In this document: in pieces, positions 47,099-58,437 of the stretch | Position numbering within the stretch: the stretch's first letter is position 1 | How the letters are laid out: each line of letters starts with the position of its first letter | From: Flectonema sp. DT1601 | Lineage: Eukaryota | Length of the DNA stretch: 64,000 bases | Direction: 5' to 3' | NCBI GenBank assembly: GCA_964019425.1 | Contig: OZ025789.1 | Coordinates: 744,001 to 808,000 of the forward strand | The notes under the pieces: generated by a model | What the model was told of the DNA's origin: nothing | Databases searched by the model: none | The model's input: the letters and a program-made list of their open reading frames with translations, nothing else | Translations under genes and position numbers: made by a program

Positions 47099-49168
47099 CT
47101 ACAACTTGTCACTAAGGGGTCTGATTATCCCAAGGATGTTCGTTCTGTTAAAACACTTAAAGTAAATATAGGTAACAATCGCCTTTAAGATTGAAATAGC
47201 AGAGATCGAAAGGCTGACCACGAGAAGATAGAACTGCGTGTCATCATTATTATTATTATCATCTCGTTGCTTTGATCGATACAAAAAGAACTGAAGTACT
47301 GCCTGAGGAATTGATTCCGTCATCGCTTCTAAGAAAGCCAAAGCAATTGTAAGTCCTTGAAGAGATCTAGTCTTAGTAAGATCCGTCACCTTCCAGAGAT
47401 TGGTAGTCGCTGTTAAGAATACTCTGGCGACAAATAGAACTGGAAACAGACGAGTATTTCGATTGGGAACCCATTGAAAGGCGTGTTTGTACTTTTCAGA
47501 TTTACCCATTCTAGTTAATAATGCGATCAGGGTTAATTGTGATACAATTAGTATTAAAGTACTGATGATTGCCCAAGAATATTTACCGTTGATAAAAAGT
47601 AGAATCGTTACCAAGTAATCAGTTATTTCATCACCAACTACTAACACGCCAGCAAAGGTTGTTTGAATTGCGGCGAATCTATAACGAACTTGTATCAACG
47701 TAACCATCATATCCAGAACATCAATCCAAGTAGTACCTTTTGAGGTAAGTATGTCTTCAATGTCTTGTTCAATGAGTGGTATCTTAAATGATGTAAGTGG
47801 AGGATTAGATTCTAAATTCGACTCAACACTCTCTGATGTCAACAACAGTTTTGCGACTAGTCTGTGAGAAGTTTTTAATAATAATTCCCTCGCGACTTTT
47901 GGATGAATCGGAGGTTCGTTTCCATTATTTGATATTCTGAGAAGCCATTCAACTTCAGGAGAAGTGTTGTTAATTAGAAATTCTTGTTGCTGTTGTTTTG
48001 AATTATTCAGAGCACCTTCCACTACTACTTTCTGAGGAGATGTTCCTAACGGAGTTAGGGGTTCAGAATATTCTTTTATTGGATTGCTGACTACTCGGGA
48101 AGGTGAATTCCTCAACGGAGTGAAATCGAAATCCGGAGAACACATCATCGGAGAATGTTTCGGTCGATTAGAATGTTTCAAAGGAGTGACGTCATTTGAT
48201 TCACAAATTACATCAACTTGAGTATCATCACATTCAGAAGTCACTATTAACATGTCCACATGATTCCCACTCGGTGTGATAATTATATCGGACTTGTCGT
48301 CTCCAACCAGAGACATGTCTTTCAACGGATTCTGTTTAGAACTACTACAAGCGATAGTCTCAAGGTTTGGGGGGTTAGCTACTCGAGGTACTCTTGTTGA
48401 TGAGAGGCTAGTTAACAAGTTTTGAGTATCTTTTTTATTCTTTTTATGAAACAATCGATTCCAAATCGGAAGTGAAGGAGCTACAGCAGTTCTCAAATGT
48501 GAAATCGGAAGGTACTTCAGCAGCAGCAGATCAATAAATTTTGTTTCTTTCAAATCATTACGAGAAGCAATATGAAGAGTCGTATCACCCGTGTGATTCC
48601 GAAGTGAAAAAGCTGACGGAGGAGTAGCAGCAAGAACTGCTACCGCGATATCAAAATTACAAATCGTAGCCGCAATATGTAATGGAGTTCTCCCAAATAA
48701 ATCCTGATGAATAAATACTTCTTCATTTGATTCTGAGACTAACAATGAAACTATTTGAGGTAACAATGACGTCGCTAATACGATCCCATCTTCCTCTAAC
48801 TCTTCTTTATCAAATGCAGCTCCAAGTGCGCAGTGTAGTGGAGTTCGTTTTTGTTCTGATTCGATTCCCTGAAGTAAGTAGTTGTGATTATTTAGTACTT
48901 CCTGGATTACTTTAAGTTGTAGTCCACAACAAGCAGCATGTAAGATATTATATCCGTCATGTCTTACTATGTCACTATTGTTGAGTAAGACATCACTAAC
49001 ATGTTGAACATCACCAGCGAGTGCTTTCACATGAAGCAGTTCTCTCTGTTGCTGTATTTCCTTACTCGTTGGTGTCTCTTGCGGGACTTGAACTTGATGT
49101 CGTTTTGATATTGACGGCGTCTCTTCATCTTCACTGAAATATAAATCGATCCCCGTCGGACTGTACAT
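47099..49168 (-). CDS. Ankyrin-repeat protein with C-terminal XK-related membrane domain
   Basis: GYNILHAAC, RTPLHCA, GRTPLHIAA, GDTTLHIAS ankyrin repeats; C-terminal TMs with DEITDY and FLEAMTESIPQAVLQ. Confidence 0.85.
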   Translation of the reverse strand: MYSPTGIDLYFSEDEETPSISKRHQVQVPQETPTSKEIQQQRELLHVKALAGDVQHVSDVLLNNSDIVRHDGYNILHAACCGLQLKVIQEVLNNHNYLLQGIESEQKRTPLHCALGAAFDKEELEEDGIVLATSLLPQIVSLLVSESNEEVFIHQDLFGRTPLHIAATICNFDIAVAVLAATPPSAFSLRNHTGDTTLHIASRNDLKETKFIDLLLLKYLPISHLRTAVAPSLPIWNRLFHKKNKKDTQNLLTSLSSTRVPRVANPPNLETIACSSSKQNPLKDMSLVGDDKSDIIITPSGNHVDMLIVTSECDDTQVDVICESNDVTPLKHSNRPKHSPMMCSPDFDFTPLRNSPSRVVSNPIKEYSEPLTPLGTSPQKVVVEGALNNSKQQQQEFLINNTSPEVEWLLRISNNGNEPPIHPKVARELLLKTSHRLVAKLLLTSESVESNLESNPPLTSFKIPLIEQDIEDILTSKGTTWIDVLDMMVTLIQVRYRFAAIQTTFAGVLVVGDEITDYLVTILLFINGKYSWAIISTLILIVSQLTLIALLTRMGKSEKYKHAFQWVPNRNTRLFPVLFVARVFLTATTNLWKVTDLTKTRSLQGLTIALAFLEAMTESIPQAVLQFFLYRSKQRDDNNNNDDTQFYLLVVSLSISAISILKAIVTYIYFKCFNRTNILGIIRPLSDKL

Positions 49169-49445
49169 CAAAACATCATTAGAATCGTTAATCTAATTAA
49201 TAAATTAAATATTATAACACACACGACACGATACTAATAAAGGAGGTGTTCTGGTCGATGAATTGTATTTCCTTATTGAACAGCTGTCAAATTAAAAAAA
49301 AAAAGAATATTATGAAAGATCGTTGGACATGTCGTGTTGCTTGTTTCTTTAGTTAGTTTGGAGACACTGACAACTTTCTTCGAATTCGAAGAGAAAAAAA
49401 CAAGAGTCTCTCGATTTTACTTTTTATAACAAAATGTGAAAAATT

Positions 49446-52400
49446 TTAAACTTTTATATACTCAGATAAAACATCGATGGCAGCTCGTTGGTTACCTGTT
49501 TCTTTATAAATTAATCCGAGACAGAACGCTGCTTCTCTATGCATACTGCAATCTTCAGGGAACTCCCTTGACTTAGCTAATTCCAACACCTTCTTATAGT
49601 GATGAATAGCAGTGCTACGGAGACCTACCTGGTGGTAGAATCGACCAATGTTGAATTCGATTTCAGAAGCAGTTCGAGGATCAGCACTCCGAAGTCGCTT
49701 ATAAGTATCCATAAAGGCAAGACCATGAAGGAAAGTATAGTGACGGTTGGGAATATCACGAGGTGAAATTAATTTTAAATAACAAATAGCAGCACAGAGT
49801 GGTGAAATCGGATCGTTATGATTATGACCATGAGCACGAAGTAAAGGACCGAGTGCTAGTTTTGTTGATCCGTGTCTGGTGTTCATAACATTTCCAATTA
49901 CCTGACACATTTCAAAACAGACATCTGTACTTGGAAGTAGCCCTCTCAGATCCGCGAAATGATTTTGTAAAATTGTATTTATCGTATTCCAGAATCTCGG
50001 TCCGTGAACACGCTGTTTATTTTTATGAAGCAGCGTTCTGATGTGAGCAAAAGCAAATCTGTAATCACCCAACGAAAGACACATCGCAATTAATATTTGT
50101 CTGACCTGAAGTCTTTCATCTTTCGTAAACAATCTAAGTTTAGATGAAGCGATAACCCCTCTGTACAACAATGGCATTACTAAAGATGATTTATGAATCC
50201 TACCTGCAATATCTCCTGATGTCGGAACTAAGTCTTTGATGACTTCCCAGAGGGCAGATTTTCCTAACCTCGATTCAAAAAAAACAGAACGAATAGTCAT
50301 GTAAGACCAAGCCCACTTCCTGTCAGCTGCTGCAGCATCAGCAGGTCTTCTGTAGTTGCGTAAGCGAGCCTGTCGAAGACCGTCAATTTGAGTTGTGATT
50401 TCATTATTGAATTTAGCATCAGGCGTATCAGCGCTCGTGAAAGGGTCGAATGACGGTTCTACTGGAGCTTCTTCATCGATATCAACTCTACCATGGATTC
50501 TAATAAGATCAGTTATTAGAGTACTCTTTATGTTGTTTTCATTTTCTTCACCTTCCTCATCAACAGCGATATCACCTCTTTCATCATTCGGAGACTCGTG
50601 TGTCTCATCAATTGACAAGTCGTAAGCCATTTGTAAGATAGTTGATCCTTCTAAGAAACGAGCGACTTCCATTGCTTCTCTCTGTCTTGCTTGTTCTTCA
50701 TTTATTACTGTTGAAGGTGTTTTAGTTGTCGCATCCAGTCGGTTGTATCCTTTTGCGAAGGAGTCTTTTATAATACCACAGTCGGGTGCTGGTTTATCGG
50801 ATGGTTTTTGTTTTGTGAGAGTTCCATACTTCGCTAGAGCTCTGTTTACTTCGATTTCAGTGTAGTTTCTACTGATTGGAACATTTGCGATAGCACTGGC
50901 AGCGCTATCCCTGACAGATGAATCTCCTTGTCGATGAACAACCGATGATGCTGTTACGATTTGAGTTGCTTGGAAATCAGCTTTGTGAAGCATTTGTTTC
51001 AACCTCCCTCCTTGAGCAGCAGTTCTTCGATCTTCTTTGAGTGGTTCGGTACTGAGTGCCGTGACTATTGATAATCCAATCTTGTCTTGTTCTTCAGACA
51101 GTCGAAGTGTTTTACACAAGTTGTATTTGTGATATGCTATTTGTAAAGTCTCACCAGTCGACCATTTGGGGTATGAATTATAATCAAGAAGTGTGATGAC
51201 TTCTTCTGAAGGACATCCCAGTTCTGCTTTAATAGTTGCCAAGTCTTTACGGGTCTCAATGTGTTCAGGGCATCGTCGATGAACTTCTGTGAGAAGTTTT
51301 TCTGCAATTCGTCGTCGTCGTAGTGCGACAGCATCATCAGCAGCAGCAGCTAGATCAGAATTACACTTTGCCATCGCATACTGTACGATTGGTTGAAAAC
51401 ATCCTTCAGTACGAGCAACCTCCTCCAACATCGCAAGTGCTTCTGTTGGAGCTCCGCAATTCAACAGAGCCTGAGACATGTCGAAGAATAAGTCTCCGAA
51501 TTCAGTCGTACTGACGCCTTCTCTTCTTATCGCATCGAATGTAGTTAAAGATTCGTTAATATTCCCGAGGTAGATGTCAGCGATGCAATATTTTATGGAA
51601 AGGTCAGGATGGAGGTCGTAAATATTTTCAACTTTAAACAATTTCATAATCTCAACTGTAAGAGATTTAGCTTTTGAGAACGAACGGTTATCGAGGTGAA
51701 GCTCAACAAGAATGTTACAAATACAAAGATACGATTCCGTGTAGATGTTTGTTTCTGATTGGTTTTCAATACTTCTTTCAATAAATCTCTCAGCTACTAT
51801 TAAAGCTCTGTGTGGAAGCATTGCTTCAATATTTAATCTGCACAACGTGGATACTATTTCTGTATCTAATGGGTTATCTTCTAATAAACGTCGATAACCA
51901 GCCTCAGCTTGTCCCCATTCACCCACCTCTTCGAGAAGTTGTAGACGGTGGCGTTCAACCTTTTCTGCTTTGGCTGATATCTTCTTTTTTAATGCCGGGT
52001 CAATTGCTTTCTTCTGTGTTTTCTTAGAGTGTGTTTTTACTAATCTCTGGTACTTTGTAAAACAATAAACCGATTCTGCTTTTCTTCCCAACTTATTTGC
52101 GTAATGGTATAAGTCACACCAAAGACTTGCTTTTGTTTTCTCGAAGTGTGCCTGTAGTAACCAAAGTTCTAAGGCGGTCCCATGATCTCCTTTTTCTTCT
52201 GCTATTTGTCCCATCAGTTGATAGGCGTCAGGATTTTGAGGTCTCGCTCTGATGGCAGCATGCAGAGTCTCCAGACAGGTTTCAAAATTACCAGCCGTGA
52301 AGTACACTCGAGCCTTTCCAATCAGTTGTCGGTTTACTTTTCGGAGATTTTCTTTCGGTTTTGCGAAGGTTTCTGACATCCCTTTCTGTCTCTTTACTCC

Positions 52401-52511
52401 TTCAGGCCGTTCTTCAGTGAGTGGACGCTTGCCTTCAACGTCTCCCTCATTACATTCATCGTCAGTCTCTATTGCTGACTCTGACTCAGTTCGAATATCG
52501 TCATTTGGCAT
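49446..52511 (-). CDS. GTF3C3: RNA Pol III transcription factor TFIIIC TPR subunit (Tfc4/TFIIIC102), 1021 aa
   Basis: N-terminal TPR array; C-terminal EIEFNIGRFYHQVGL..AIHHYKKVL..REAAFCLGLIY..GN signature. Confidence 0.9.
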   Translation of the reverse strand: MPNDDIRTESESAIETDDECNEGDVEGKRPLTEERPEGVKRQKGMSETFAKPKENLRKVNRQLIGKARVYFTAGNFETCLETLHAAIRARPQNPDAYQLMGQIAEEKGDHGTALELWLLQAHFEKTKASLWCDLYHYANKLGRKAESVYCFTKYQRLVKTHSKKTQKKAIDPALKKKISAKAEKVERHRLQLLEEVGEWGQAEAGYRRLLEDNPLDTEIVSTLCRLNIEAMLPHRALIVAERFIERSIENQSETNIYTESYLCICNILVELHLDNRSFSKAKSLTVEIMKLFKVENIYDLHPDLSIKYCIADIYLGNINESLTTFDAIRREGVSTTEFGDLFFDMSQALLNCGAPTEALAMLEEVARTEGCFQPIVQYAMAKCNSDLAAAADDAVALRRRRIAEKLLTEVHRRCPEHIETRKDLATIKAELGCPSEEVITLLDYNSYPKWSTGETLQIAYHKYNLCKTLRLSEEQDKIGLSIVTALSTEPLKEDRRTAAQGGRLKQMLHKADFQATQIVTASSVVHRQGDSSVRDSAASAIANVPISRNYTEIEVNRALAKYGTLTKQKPSDKPAPDCGIIKDSFAKGYNRLDATTKTPSTVINEEQARQREAMEVARFLEGSTILQMAYDLSIDETHESPNDERGDIAVDEEGEENENNIKSTLITDLIRIHGRVDIDEEAPVEPSFDPFTSADTPDAKFNNEITTQIDGLRQARLRNYRRPADAAAADRKWAWSYMTIRSVFFESRLGKSALWEVIKDLVPTSGDIAGRIHKSSLVMPLLYRGVIASSKLRLFTKDERLQVRQILIAMCLSLGDYRFAFAHIRTLLHKNKQRVHGPRFWNTINTILQNHFADLRGLLPSTDVCFEMCQVIGNVMNTRHGSTKLALGPLLRAHGHNHNDPISPLCAAICYLKLISPRDIPNRHYTFLHGLAFMDTYKRLRSADPRTASEIEFNIGRFYHQVGLRSTAIHHYKKVLELAKSREFPEDCSMHREAAFCLGLIYKETGNQRAAIDVLSEYIKV

Positions 52512-52881
52512 CTTATCATCTGTTGGAATATAAATAAAGTAACTCAGAACTGACAGGGATTCATTAACTGTTAGTAATGGTTCAGTACCGTCATTCAGCT
52601 CTTAGATTGCAAACCTGTCAAGGGGGGGGGAGTTTGTCATTGTAATTATTAACTCAGATCAACTGTTTAGTTACGTAAGAAGATTTTGTTAAAGTCAAAC
52701 CAAAACTAAAAAAGGTAATAAAGTGTAACTGAAGAATTGATTAACAAACAGACCGTCTGGTGTCTAGAAAGGCACCAAAAACTACCTTTTCGGTTCTTTT
52801 TTTTTTGGTTAAATTAGTAACAAACTAAAGACAGAGTGAGTAGAAGCACAACACCTCCCAGAGTGGGTAAACTATTTCGAT

Positions 52882-53868
52882 TCACTCGACTTGCCCGAGT
52901 TCACGCTTCAGCTCAGCAATGCGCTCTTGTGCATCACATCGGGATTTACATCGATGGTGAATTGGAGTAAAGGTTACAATCAGGTCAGATAACATGTCAG
53001 ATGAAAGTTGTGTTCTGACGTCAATTTCCTCTTCTTGAAATCTGACGAGTTCCGTGTCGTTAATAGAAGATAATCGAAGTGACAACAGCTGGTCATCAGC
53101 CACATGTTCGATTGTCGTCCTCGCAGTTAGTTCTGATAAGTTTATCGTCGCACACTGCGCTTCGTTATCGATTCGAATTGATTCTAATTGTTCGTAGTCA
53201 CGTGCTTCTGATATTGATCTTTGGATTTTGTTTTTCAACGCTGCCTTTTCACTGTAACGACGCTCATAGTCAACTGGTCTCTGATGTAGTTCCCAAAGCT
53301 CCTGCTCTCTAGAAACAAGAAGACGTTCCATGTCAGTTACTTTCCGATTAAATCTTCCGTAGGCTTTTAAAATTGATTGGTATTGTTGACTTCGTTCTCT
53401 GTTTGTGTTTTCTGATTTTATTTTATCGTCAGCTGCTTGCTCTTCGTTGAGAAGGTCAGCTAGTCTAGTTTGTTGTTTTTGATAAACTCTGGCATTATTA
53501 TTAATTAATGAAATGGTTACATCTGTTCCTCGACACCAATATTGTTGATACTCTCGAGGGATGTCATTTTCAATCATTTCTCTCGCGTCGTCTTGATCCC
53601 AAAAGGTTGCTAGTACTTCTCCCTCATTAACACCTTTTACTATTTCTACACCTTCGATTGTTTCAGTCTCGTGATCACGGTATCTGTTCACTATTTGGGG
53701 TGGTTCAGTAAGACCGCAACTTTCTCTAATTCGTTCCCAATCTATTTCACCATCCGCAGTTGTGGCAGTCTGTAGCAATTCTCTCACATCTTCTGAAGCT
53801 TTTTCAGAAATATTTCCATTCCTAGCAGTTGATGGAACTTGTGCCGCTGGAGGCTTCGGCTCCTTCAT
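52882..53868 (-). CDS. Coiled-coil protein, unknown function (328 aa)
   Basis: ORF with acceptor cacagcag 4 nt before the ATG. Confidence 0.85.
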   Translation of the reverse strand: MKEPKPPAAQVPSTARNGNISEKASEDVRELLQTATTADGEIDWERIRESCGLTEPPQIVNRYRDHETETIEGVEIVKGVNEGEVLATFWDQDDAREMIENDIPREYQQYWCRGTDVTISLINNNARVYQKQQTRLADLLNEEQAADDKIKSENTNRERSQQYQSILKAYGRFNRKVTDMERLLVSREQELWELHQRPVDYERRYSEKAALKNKIQRSISEARDYEQLESIRIDNEAQCATINLSELTARTTIEHVADDQLLSLRLSSINDTELVRFQEEEIDVRTQLSSDMLSDLIVTFTPIHHRCKSRCDAQERIAELKRELGQVE

Positions 53869-55113
53869 TACTCTGCTGTGAAACTGATGAGGGGGAAAAG
53901 TTGATTCAAGTAAATATCATTTGAAGAACTTCCCGCAGAGGACTATTCGTCTGAATAAGAATTGATATCCAATTCGAAGTCTTCACTAAGATGTAAATAC
54001 TTAAATATCGATCTGTTGACTTCCTTTATCTAAAAGACTAGTGTCTTCAGACAGGTCCTCCTCGGTTAAGACAAATAGGAATCTCACGTGTTAAACCCAT
54101 GTGAGATTTAAAATATTTGTTTCACTCAACTGGAACTGCATCTCAATAAAGAAAACAACAGATCACAAAGAACGACCTCACCACTGGTCGCAATTCGTTA
54201 TTTTTTTTTAAATTAAATATTTTTTTCATAATAGTTAGTACGCAAGAAGAAGCTTTGCGTTAAGGCAGGAAAGGGTGGAAGCTAGTAGGAGAGTTCCCTT
54301 TTCGCTTTATTAAAAATAAGGGATGGATCCCTAAGCAAATCGAAACAAAAGGAAATAGAATAGCCGATTCAAGAATGAGTCGGCTAAAAAGACAAAAGAA
54401 AGAATGAAAAAAAAACAGAACTACCTATCGATATATAATTATGGTTTGTTATCTTCGTGAAAGTTTTCCCTGAAAAACATCACAGAATTTCTGTTAACAC
54501 AGATAATATGAAAAAAAGACTATCCAGGTCCCTGTCTTTCATTAAGTCAACAACACACACACACACACCTTTTCCCTTCTGCCAATTTTTTTTGAAAAAA
54601 TGCAAAAAAAAAAAAAAAAAAAAAAAGAGTTTTTTCCCTTCTTTTTTTCCTTCTTTTTTTTTTGAGGTAGAAGTACATGAAATCCTTCGCAATCAGGATA
54701 CAACAACAAAATCCGAAACAAAATCACTAACCTGAAAGAAACGAAAGGAGAGGGAGAAAGCGTCTAATAAGACTACCAGAGAATTGATCATCGTGAACAG
54801 TTTAAGGGGAAACAGTTAGTTTTAGAAATACAAAATCACTACTTCGCCTCAACTGAGATATAATTAATCCTCTCTCACAGCTCATTAAATAAGATATGAT
54901 CTCATTAGTATCTACAGATAACGCTACTTCTTTAAAAGAGTCTACCACGGCTTTAACATAAAGAGAGAGGGTGAGTTAAAGTCAATTTTTAACACTACAA
55001 GAGTGTTAGTGAAAGAAATGATATTCGAGATGAGCTTTTAAATTAAATTCTCTTAATCTGAATAGTTTAGTCTCTGACTTTTGTTATTTTTACTTTTTAG
55101 TTTTTGATTTCAC

Positions 55114-55147
<34 letters not shown>

Positions 55148-55181
55148 ACCACGCTGTGACCGCGTCAAGTGAATCACCGTC

Positions 55182-56645
55182 TCATTCAGATGATGGTGTA
55201 GAATGAATATTAACTTCTTTTATATTAGAAATCGGTGGAATCGAAGGAGGTTTTGACGTCGTAGAGATGCGAGACAATCTTATATCCCGACTGACACTAC
55301 TGACTGCCGGTTCACATAGAGATGAATAAAAAAAATTAAGAAATGAGAATGAAACAATAGAAGCAACTAAAAATACGACTGACGATAAAATAGCAGCAGT
55401 CTTAAACGTGGTCGTAGCAGGAAGTGAATCAGGATCACAAACGAAGGTTCCACAAGTTGTACTACACACGCGTGGTAGTTGAAGTCGGAAGACAGAACCT
55501 TTTAAACTCCATCTGTGAATCACATGAGGTCCTAGAAATTGACGAAAATATTTCGCATCAAATATTGTTGAGCGAAATGGATGAGGAACATCCAAAACAA
55601 CAGGCCACTCGTCACGAGTTCTATCATTCGAAAAGTAAGCAAACATATCATAACTATCTTTGATGTCATCTATTTCCCAAAGAGAACAGTTCGTTCCTCT
55701 AATTACTATCGACGGAGCTGTTAGTTTTGCTGTAACGTCAAGACTAGGTAGAAATGGATATAAAATAGTTTTTGATGAAAAGTGATTAGATAATTGAGTG
55801 CAAAAAGTATTGTCAGCTTTCGACTCAAAACTATTCCAATACTTGTCCTCATCGAATAAGAAGTAATCGACCACTGCTAACATTGTATCTTCAGTAACAG
55901 CTGTTGAACAAACGTACCCAAGACTGTGGTATCCATGATGAACGTACTTAGTTTCAGAATTAGTATCAAATATTAAGAATTCATCAACGAATCCATTTGC
56001 GTGGAATAACATCGAACCCGTCGTGCCATCAGTACTTCCTGCTGGACTGATTTCCATAACAGATGATATAACACTAGCAGACATTGGATGTGGTTGGATT
56101 CTCGTATGATTTGAACATAGGTTACTCGAAGTACTCGTGAAATACTTCTTAGCAAAAGATAGCATCCTAACATCGCGAGGGTTTAGTATAAAGTCGGTAA
56201 AATATCCAACTTGGAAAACATGGTCATCCCCCACATCAATAATACGAGAGATAGTGTTTAGGTATGTTTCAATTACTCTAGTCGTGATATTACTTTGATA
56301 AGTAATGTAATCAATTGATCTGTTATCGAGGTTGTATGTTGTTGATTGGACGAGAGGTTCTAATGGAGTGATCTCTTTGCAGGTCATCATCACGACTTCT
56401 GAATCAAATGGAAACTGAAAGTGACCTTCAATAGCATTCTTACCACGTCTTATTAAAACTTTTGAAGCAGTTCTCTCGTCAGTCACATATCTCTGAGTAG
56501 TGATGTCACCATCACTTGATTCCCAATACGATTCTCCATCTCCCGTTGGTGTAACAAACATCGAGTACTGATCTCCTACTGCGATTGAATCATCAGAAAT
56601 GGAGGTCACCACTACCCAGAATATGAGTGCGGTGACAAAAGACAT
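55182..56645 (-). CDS. Type I membrane protein (signal peptide, large ectodomain, C-terminal TM), unknown function (487 aa)
   Basis: Hydrophobic N-terminus and AAILSSVVFLVASIVSFSFL near the C-terminus. Confidence 0.82.
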   Translation of the reverse strand: MSFVTALIFWVVVTSISDDSIAVGDQYSMFVTPTGDGESYWESSDGDITTQRYVTDERTASKVLIRRGKNAIEGHFQFPFDSEVVMMTCKEITPLEPLVQSTTYNLDNRSIDYITYQSNITTRVIETYLNTISRIIDVGDDHVFQVGYFTDFILNPRDVRMLSFAKKYFTSTSSNLCSNHTRIQPHPMSASVISSVMEISPAGSTDGTTGSMLFHANGFVDEFLIFDTNSETKYVHHGYHSLGYVCSTAVTEDTMLAVVDYFLFDEDKYWNSFESKADNTFCTQLSNHFSSKTILYPFLPSLDVTAKLTAPSIVIRGTNCSLWEIDDIKDSYDMFAYFSNDRTRDEWPVVLDVPHPFRSTIFDAKYFRQFLGPHVIHRWSLKGSVFRLQLPRVCSTTCGTFVCDPDSLPATTTFKTAAILSSVVFLVASIVSFSFLNFFYSSLCEPAVSSVSRDIRLSRISTTSKPPSIPPISNIKEVNIHSTPSSE

Positions 56646-57042
56646 TTATTTAGTTAACATATTGTTTAAATCTATTTTTTTTGAAAATGATTCTAATTCA
56701 AAAAAAACAATAATATAAAAAAAAAAAAAAAACAAAGACGACGACTAGACAATAATATTCCAAACATCTGTCAATGAACTGAAACGAAATTTGATCCGCA
56801 AATGTCAGCCTGTTTAGGCTACGGAGCTCTAAGAAAGAAAAGAAAAGAAGTGGCTCTAATCAGCCGCTTGTACTGATTTCAGAATAATCAACACATTGGT
56901 TTGCTATTTTAGATCAGCTGGGATTACACTTCAGTTTGTCAGAAGTATCTAACCAGTCTGATTCATAACAGAGGAGTCATTGTCTCCGATAGTGATTGCA
57001 GAACAGAGAACATCCAGTAAGGTGTTCAGCATATTAATATAT

Positions 57043-57525
57043 TTAAGGTTCAGCAGTTAATTGTTGAGGAGACGGATCTATTGGAGGTGGTGCTGTCGGA
57101 TCGATTTTCATATCGAGGAATTCTGAAAAAGTTTTTGGACCTTCTTCAAAAGTAAGACAACATTTACCGATTGCTGTATTCTCGTCAGATGTCAGAACTG
57201 CTGAGGACTCATTTGCTTCATAAATTAAACTTTCACCAGCTTTAACACCGAGAGCCTGAACTGATGGAGGTGCATTGGCTGGTCTGCTAACCCGAACGAT
57301 CCCCGCAACCGAACAGACGAGTCGCGTATTTTGAAGTTCCCAAGTACCTCTTTTGTATATCATTCCCCTACTACCTGACATGAGGGTAGAGTAGCAATGC
57401 TCGAATACATTTCCTTCTTCCCACAGTTTTAACATCCATCCGACTTCTCTAAATTCCGTTTCACCCATTTGACAGAATACCCAAGATGGATCTGGTTGAG
57501 GGCACTCGTCATTGTCGTCAGACAT
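57043..57525 (-). CDS. Hypothetical protein (~160 aa)
   Basis: Acceptor ttttcag at 57538 and ATG at 57525; globular-looking composition. Confidence 0.78.
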   Translation of the reverse strand: MSDDNDECPQPDPSWVFCQMGETEFREVGWMLKLWEEGNVFEHCYSTLMSGSRGMIYKRGTWELQNTRLVCSVAGIVRVSRPANAPPSVQALGVKAGESLIYEANESSAVLTSDENTAIGKCCLTFEEGPKTFSEFLDMKIDPTAPPPIDPSPQQLTAEP

Positions 57526-57841
57526 GTTATACGACACCTGAAAAGAGGAAAATAATTTATTTAATTATCGAGCGACGTCAACAAGTGTCAATGGTATCCC
57601 AGACATCAGATATTTATATTACCAGACTGTAGTAGAGAGTAGAGCAGGTTGGTATCGATAATGATGTTAGTTAACAATCCATCAAAAGTGGTTAACACCA
57701 GTCGTACGTCACGTTATCAAAATGTGATTACTAGTCGACTCTACCAAGTTAGATTCTGTTGGTAGGACATGTTTTCAGAGTGGTAACTCTGTTAAAGTAT
57801 GACTTCAGAACTTTTGTGACTCAGCACCTTCTGAAGAAAGC

Positions 57842-58197
57842 TTATTTATTTTGTTCTTCTGCTTCTTCTTTGTGAAGTTGTTTGTATTTTTCAGCGAATC
57901 CATCATCCTGTTTGGGTGTTTTGATTTAGTCTCCTTGAAGTGAAAAGAACACCCCCCCTGAAATGTGATACATACTCGCAATGCAGCAGCTCTGGAGTCA
58001 CATTCCTTACACTCAGCTACTCTCTTCTCCTCTCTGAGGATGTCTTTCATAATTCCAGCTCTTCTATTTCTTCTTCCTTCTTCTTCTGACCATATTAAGT
58101 ATGAGAGCGCACCTCCAACAAATACACCTGCGCCAGCTAAGATAGTTGTTGCTGAAAACCCTTTCTTTTGAGGAACAATCCTCCTACTCTTCTGCAT
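57842..58197 (-). CDS. PET117-like cytochrome c oxidase assembly factor, 2 exons (58197-57976, 57907-57842; 95 aa)
   Basis: Intron 57908-57975 (GTATGT..ACAG) gives the C-terminus DDGFAEKYKQLHKEEAEEQNK*. Single TM followed by RRNRRAGIMKDILRE, resembling the PET117 R..GV.RD.ER pattern. Confidence 0.65.
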
Positions 58198-58437
58198 GTT
58201 GTTAAGGTGCTGGGAAAAGGAAATATAATTAAAAAAAGAAAAGAAAGAAGACACAACAAGTCATTCCTTACTAATAATAACATAAATCGTGAAGGAGGTG
58301 TAAATGAGGCGCATTACTATAAACTGACCGATACTGTCTCCTGACAAGGAGATCAGCATAATAAGAAGTGAAGTCACAACACAGAATGTGTTAGTGGGAT
58401 ACTTCATAAGCGATGAGACAATTAGTTCTAACTGAGA

